Shown in pieces: positions 58,104 through 64,000 of a DNA stretch of 64,000 nucleotides. Below the pieces are notes generated by a model. That model saw only the letters and a program-made list of their open reading frames with translations. It ran no database searches and was not told where the DNA came from. The stretch comes from the human T2T-CHM13v2.0 reference genome, Homo sapiens. The DNA lies in the NCBI RefSeq assembly GCF_009914755.1, contig NC_060928.1. One strand, 5' to 3'. Each line of letters opens with the position of its first letter. The first letter of the stretch is position 1. Made by a program: the position numbers and the translations under genes.

Positions 58104-59285
58104 GTAAGTACCCACATTCCCAGGGAATGGGCCTCACTGTGCTCTGTGGCCAACAGCACGGTTCCTCACTGTGATGTTTGCACATGCAAAAGTTATGCAT
58201 CCAAGCTCCATGGTAGATGTCTGTCTGTCCCATTGAGCAAGTAGCATAAAGATGGCTCCCCAAGAAAGCAGTTGGCACTAGGGTCCCAGTCTTAGACCCT
58301 GCCCCGCGAGTCACCTGGGCAAGTCACTGTCCCTTTCTTGGCCCCAGTTTCCTTATCTGCAAAATGGAATTGGCCACAGTGCTCCTTCAGGAGGCTTTTA
58401 GCTCTCGTCTTCTGCGGTTTGGGGTTTGAGAGTTTCCAGGGTTTGCCCTGGAGATGAGCCTGTTTCAGACCCTGACCTTTGTGCCTTCAGGGAACGTGCT
58501 CTCAGGAGACCTCTTGCTGTTGATGGGGAGGCTGAGACAGGATCGCTTCAGAGCTGAGTGGAGACACATGATATTGACTAGAGTTCCCTCCCAGAGGCTC
58601 AGGTGGTCTCTGGGAGGGAAACATGATCCAATAAATGGGGACTGTGGGAATTACATTTCTCCCATTTCCGTCATTTCTGGGAGGCTCCAGGAGAGTGAAG
58701 TTAGTTTAATTAGCCCAGGGCTTTGTTGACTCCGGTTGGGAAGCTCCCTGTGTACCTCCAATGCCCCACCCACCCACCATCCAGGTGCAGTTTCTCTGGA
58801 CCCTGCTTGCTGCTCTCTTGGGCTAAATGACGTGGTTCTTGGACCAAGTAGCTAAGATACCACATTTTTTTTTATTATAAGCAATAAAGACTAACAACTA
58901 AATGAATTCTTGATTAAAGTGAAAAACAATGATCTTTGATGCTTCCATGGGAAGGATCATACTAAATCGTGTGCCTTGGGTGAGGGTCTCAGTAGCCTAA
59001 AGTGTGTCCTGCTTTGTGTCCCGGGAGACCTGTGCCCTCTCCTGGGCCTACTCTAGTCCTGAGGGGCAGAGGGAATGGTGTGGGGTCTTTCTGAGGGCAT
59101 GGGCCTACTGAATAACAATAGTTATTTTTGAAAGATCATTGTTTCCCTAATTCTGTGGCTAAGAGGGGCCCATTTAGGAAGAGGTCAGGAGGGTGGTTGA
59201 GGCGGGGAGGGGGACTCTTAAGGAAAAGACAACTCAAACGGGAGGATGGAAAAAGCATTGTATTTGATTGTTTTCTTTCCTGTAG

Positions 59286-59402
59286 GATGATGCCTCCCAG
59301 GAGAATAACATGCAAGCTGAGGTGACAGGTAAACTAAAACAGCACTTTAATAATGCGCTCCCCAAACAGAACAGCACTACCACCGGGGTCTCCGTCATCA
59401 TG
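59286..59402 (+). CDS. DCLK2: DCLK2 exon 15 (117 nt): DDASQENNMQAEVTGKLKQHFNNALPKQNSTTTGVSVIM, C-tail
   Basis: ttcctgtag|GAT ... ATG|gtgagt; resembles the DCLK1 autoinhibitory tail (PKPNSTAAGVSVI). Confidence 0.96.
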
Positions 59403-59507
59403 GTGAGTGGAAGGCGGCAGGTCTGGCCTGACTGCGGAGCCGGCCTTGAAGTTTTTGAATTAGGTAGCCGGGAGCTGCCCTCACATGGAAGTTGGTGCCT
59501 TCCGTAG
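59403..59507 (+). CDS. DCLK2: Candidate read-through extension of exon 15: VSGRRQVWPDCGAGLEVFELGSRELPSHGSWCLP*
   Basis: Frame stays open for 34 codons past the donor to TAG at 59505-59507; ATTAAA at 60040-60045. Confidence 0.5.
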   Translation: MSGRRQVWPDCGAGLEVFELGSRELPSHGSWCLP

Positions 59508-60554
59508 TCCTATTTCATATGAAGATTGGCTTGGCATGTGGAGGGCACTCATTCGGCAACTCCCAGGCTTTGGGCACTGTGTGGAGGGGCTTGTGTAGGG
59601 ACCAGCAGGCCTGGTGTGAGGGGTCCAGGCGTCAAGGAGCTCCTGGCTGGGCCCTCTGGGCAGCTGCTTCCACTCTTGTCTCTGCCTTCTCATCTAGAGA
59701 GACTCCCAAGCCCTGGAGGGGTGTGTTGTGTTAGGAATTAACTCCCTGCCTACCCCAAGGCCTCAGAAATAGATTATTAGAGATGTGAATTATTCTTTGA
59801 GACTTGGGATAAGAAACAGCCAAAGCTAAACATATTTCAGTTTTAAAAAATCAGTGTTTTATAAAACACAGTTTGGGGCTTTTAAAGGTACATAATCAAG
59901 GAAAAAAATATATATTCATTTTTCAGGGTTGGTAACATTTTATGAGATGTCAGTGACAACGATGGCCTTATTTTTTTCAGCCTTTTCTTCTTCCAAAATG
60001 TTTCTTAAGGCAACTCTCCTAAATACATAAACACAACAAATTAAAATGAAAAGTGACATGAGAGTAAATGAATCAAAAGGAAAAAACATTGAACCAGAGG
60101 TGAGGGCAGCACACCCGCAGCAGCTGTCCAGGCCTGAGCCAATGCAACCCTGGGCGGGAAGGCCAGCTCACCGTGAGCAGGTAGAAGCCAGCCAGCCACC
60201 CAGGCAGGGACCTTGGTTCTCCCCACACACTCCCAGGAGCAGGGAACAGGGGTGGAGTGGCCTTTCCCAGAGCTGGAGTTGGCTGCAGCAGCTTTCGAAT
60301 CAGACCTGCCAAGGTGATGGGCGTCTGAGTTTCACATCTGGGCCCCCCGTGACCCCACTGAGTCCTGACAGCTAAGGATGGGCCACCTCCACAGCTCCGT
60401 CACTCGTACTTGGGACAGGCCTCTCATCCTCTGGGAAGGTCCTCCTTGTTTCCTACCCAACTAGAAGGGAAACAGTGGCATATTCTCATGGTACATGGTT
60501 GTCTGAGAGCCTTACCTAGGAAGACGCAGGGTCTAGATAGAAGCTATAAGGAAG

Positions 60555-63500
60555 CCACACACATAACCCACATCCCCACACCCCCAACATCCCCCACACT
60601 CCCCACACCCCCCACACCCCCCACATCCCCACACACCACAAATCCTCCACACCCCCACACCACACATCCCCCACACCCCCCACACCCCCACACACCCCCC
60701 ACACCACACATCCCCCACACCCCCCACACCCCCACACACCCCCCACACCACACATCCCTCACACCCCCCAACACCCCCACACACCCCCCACACCACACAT
60801 CCCTCACACCACACATCCCTCACACCCCCCAACACCCCCACACCCCCCACACCACACATCCCCCACACCCCCCACACCCCCACACACCCCCACACCACAC
60901 ATCCCCCACACCCCCCACACCCCCACACACCCCCCACACCACACATCCCCCACACCCCCCACACCCCCACACCCCCACACCACACATCCCTCACACCCCC
61001 CACACCCCCACACACCCCCCACACCACACATCCCCCACACCCCCCACACCCCCACACACCCCCCACACCACACATCCCCCACACCCCCCACACCCCCACA
61101 CCCCCACACCACACATCCCTCACACCCCCCACACCCCCACACACCCCCCACACCACACATCCCCCACACCCCCCACACCCCCACACACCCCCCACACCAC
61201 ACATCCCCCACACCCCCACACACCCCCACACACCCCCCACACCACACATCCCTCACACCCCCCACACCCCCACACACCCCCCACACCACACATCCCCCAC
61301 ACCCCCCACACCCCCACACACCCCCCACACCACACATCCCCCACACCCCCACACACCCCCACACCCCCACACCACACATCCCTCACACCCCCCACACCCC
61401 CACACACCCCCCACACCACACATCCCCCACACCCCCCACACCCCCACACCCCCACACCACACATCCCTCACACCCCCCACACCCCCACACACCCCCCACA
61501 CCACACATCCCCCACACCCCCCACACCCCCCACACCCCCCACACCCCCCACACCCCCCACACCCCCCACACCCCCACACCACACATCCCTCACACCCCCC
61601 ACACCCCCACACACCCCCCACACCACACATCCCCCACACCCCCCACACCCCCACACCCCCACACCACACATCCCTCACACCCCCCACACCCCCACACACC
61701 CCCCACACCACACATCCCCCACACCCCCCACACCCCCACACACCCCCCACACCACACATCCCCCACACCCCCCACACCCCCACACACCCCCCACACCACA
61801 CATCCCCCACACCCCCCAACACCCCCACACACCCCCCACACCACACATCCCCCACACCCCCCAACACCCCCACACACCCCCCACACCACACATCCCCCAC
61901 ACCCCCCACACCCCCACACACCCCCCACACCACACATCCCTCACACCCCCCAACACCCCCACACACCCCCCACACCACACATCCCTCACACCCCCCAACA
62001 CCCCCACACCCCCACACACCCCCCACACCACACATCCCTCACACCCCCCACACCACACATCCCTCACACCCCCCAACACCCCCACACCCCCACACACCCC
62101 CCACACCACACATCCCTCACACCCCCCACACCCCCACACCCCCCCCACACCACACATCCCTCACACCCCCCAACACCCCCACACCCCCACACACCCCCCA
62201 CACCACACATCCCCCACACCCCCCACACCCCCACACACCCACACACCCCCCACACCACACATCCCCCACACCCCCCACACCCCCACACACCCCCCACACC
62301 ACACATCCCTCACACCCCCCACACCCCCACACACCCCCCACACCACACATCCCCCACACCCCCAAATCCCCCACACCCCCCACATCTCCCCACACCCCCA
62401 TCCCCCACACTCCCCACACCCCCCACACCCCCCACACCACACATCCCTCACACCCCCCACACCCCCACACCCCCCCCACACCACACATCCCTCACACCCC
62501 CCAACACCCCCACACCCCCACACACCCCCCACACCACACATCCCCCACACCCCCCACACCCCCACACACCCACACACCCCCCACACCACACATCCCCCAC
62601 ACCCCCCACACCCCCACACACCCCCCACACCACACATCCCTCACACCCCCCACACCCCCACACACCCCCCACACCACACATCCCCCACACCCCCAAATCC
62701 CCCACACCCCCCACATCTCCCCACACCCCCATCCCCCACACTCCCCACACCCCCCACACCCCCCACACCACACATCCCTCACACCCCCCAACACCCCCAC
62801 ACCCCCACACACCCCCCACACCACACATCCCCCACACCCCCCACACCCCCACACCCCCACACACCCACACACCCACACACCCCCCACACCCCAAATCCCC
62901 CACACCCCCCACATCCCCCATACCCCTCACACCACACACCCCCATACCCCCACACACTCCCATCCCCCACACCACACATCCCGCACACCCTCCACACCAC
63001 ACATCCCCACACACCTCACACCCCCCACACCCCCACACAACCCACATACCCCCACACACCCCACATAACCCCACACACCCCCCACATCCCCCACACCCCC
63101 CCACACCCCCCACATCCCCACACACCACAAATCCTCCACACCCCCCAACACCCCCACACCCCCCACATCCCCCACACCCCCCAAATCCCCCACACCCCCC
63201 ACATCCCCCATACCCCTCACACCACACATTCCCTCACACCCCTCACACCACACATTCCCTCACACCCCACACACCACACACCCCCATACCCCCACACACT
63301 CCCATCCCCCACACCACACATCCCGCACACCCTCCACACCACACATCCCCACACACCTCACACCCCCCACACCCCCACACAACCCACATACCCCCACACA
63401 CCCCACATAACCCCACACACCCCCCACATCCCCCGCACCACACATCCCCTACACCCCCCACTCTACACACCCCACACCCCAACACACCCCACATAACCCC

Positions 63501-63780
63501 CACATACCCCACACCCACACCCCCCACACCCCCACCCCCCCACCCCCCACATACACACCCACACACCCCACACCCCCACATAGCCCACACAGCCTACACA
63601 CCCCACACCCGAACACACCCCACATACCTCCACACACCCCACACCCCCCGCCCCCACGAGCGTGCAGCACTCTGTTATATGCATTGAGCATACACCAGGT
63701 ACCCCCACACACCCCCAACACCCCCACACACCCCACACCCGAACACACCCCACATTCCCCACACACCCCACACACCCCAC
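60555..63780. repeat. About 3.2-kb C/A-rich compound VNTR (ccccacac / caccacacatccc units)
   Basis: Plus strand almost devoid of G; minus strand is dense GGGG(G)TGT runs. Confidence 0.98.
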
Positions 63781-64000
63781 GAGCATGCAGCACTCTGTTA
63801 TATGGATTGAGCGTCCACCAGGTTCTCAGCACCCACTGGGCCGTCATTCTCTTCTGTCCCCCGGCTGCGTTTATGTGGCCACCCTCTGTGTGTCCTTGCA
63901 ACTCCCCAGCTGCTCCCCTGCCAGAAAGTGTGCTCTCCCTCTCTCCCTCTCTCCCTCTCCAGACAGAGCCTGGGTTTGCAAGCTGAGTCTTTTGATGGCT

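Noticed and set aside
59493-59507. C-terminal ...WCLP* as a possible prenylation signal
   Set aside because: The Cys is third from the end, not fourth, so it is not a CaaX box.
60410-63496. 1028-aa His/Pro/Thr-rich ORF and the many Gly/Val/Cys/Trp ORFs on the minus strand
   Set aside because: They arise because the C/A-only VNTR almost cannot form stop codons. The long ORF starts at TTG, and there is no promoter or splice support.

Overview
Human (Alu/L1-rich primate) genomic DNA covering the middle and 3' part of DCLK2 (doublecortin-like kinase 2) on the + strand. I assembled 13 GT-AG exons (my numbering 3-15) into one continuous frame: the end of the second DCX domain, the Ser/Pro-rich linker, an intact CaMK-family kinase domain ([23 protein letters not shown]) and the start of the C-tail. 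The first exons and the canonical last exon lie outside the window. Extra splicing structure includes a 51-nt frame-preserving cassette exon, a CAGCAG tandem acceptor, a candidate kinase-less terminal exon, an exon-15 read-through C-terminus, and a 47-bp VNTR whose unit carries both splice-site types. The introns contain about 26 Alu elements or fragments (one AluYb8), L1 fragments (one twin-primed inversion, one L1PA2-like 3' end), LTRs, DNA-transposon relics and a U7 snRNA retrocopy joined to an Alu inside one TSD. There is also a 64-bp templated insertion copied from 4.3 kb away, a ~350-bp AT-only tract and a ~3.2-kb C/A-rich VNTR. Most entries in the supplied ORF track are repeat artefacts. 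I cannot support a wholly new biological system here; the best leads are splicing/isoform regulation and DNA-repair or retrotransposition scars. Repeat subfamily names are from recalled consensus sequences, not a database search.
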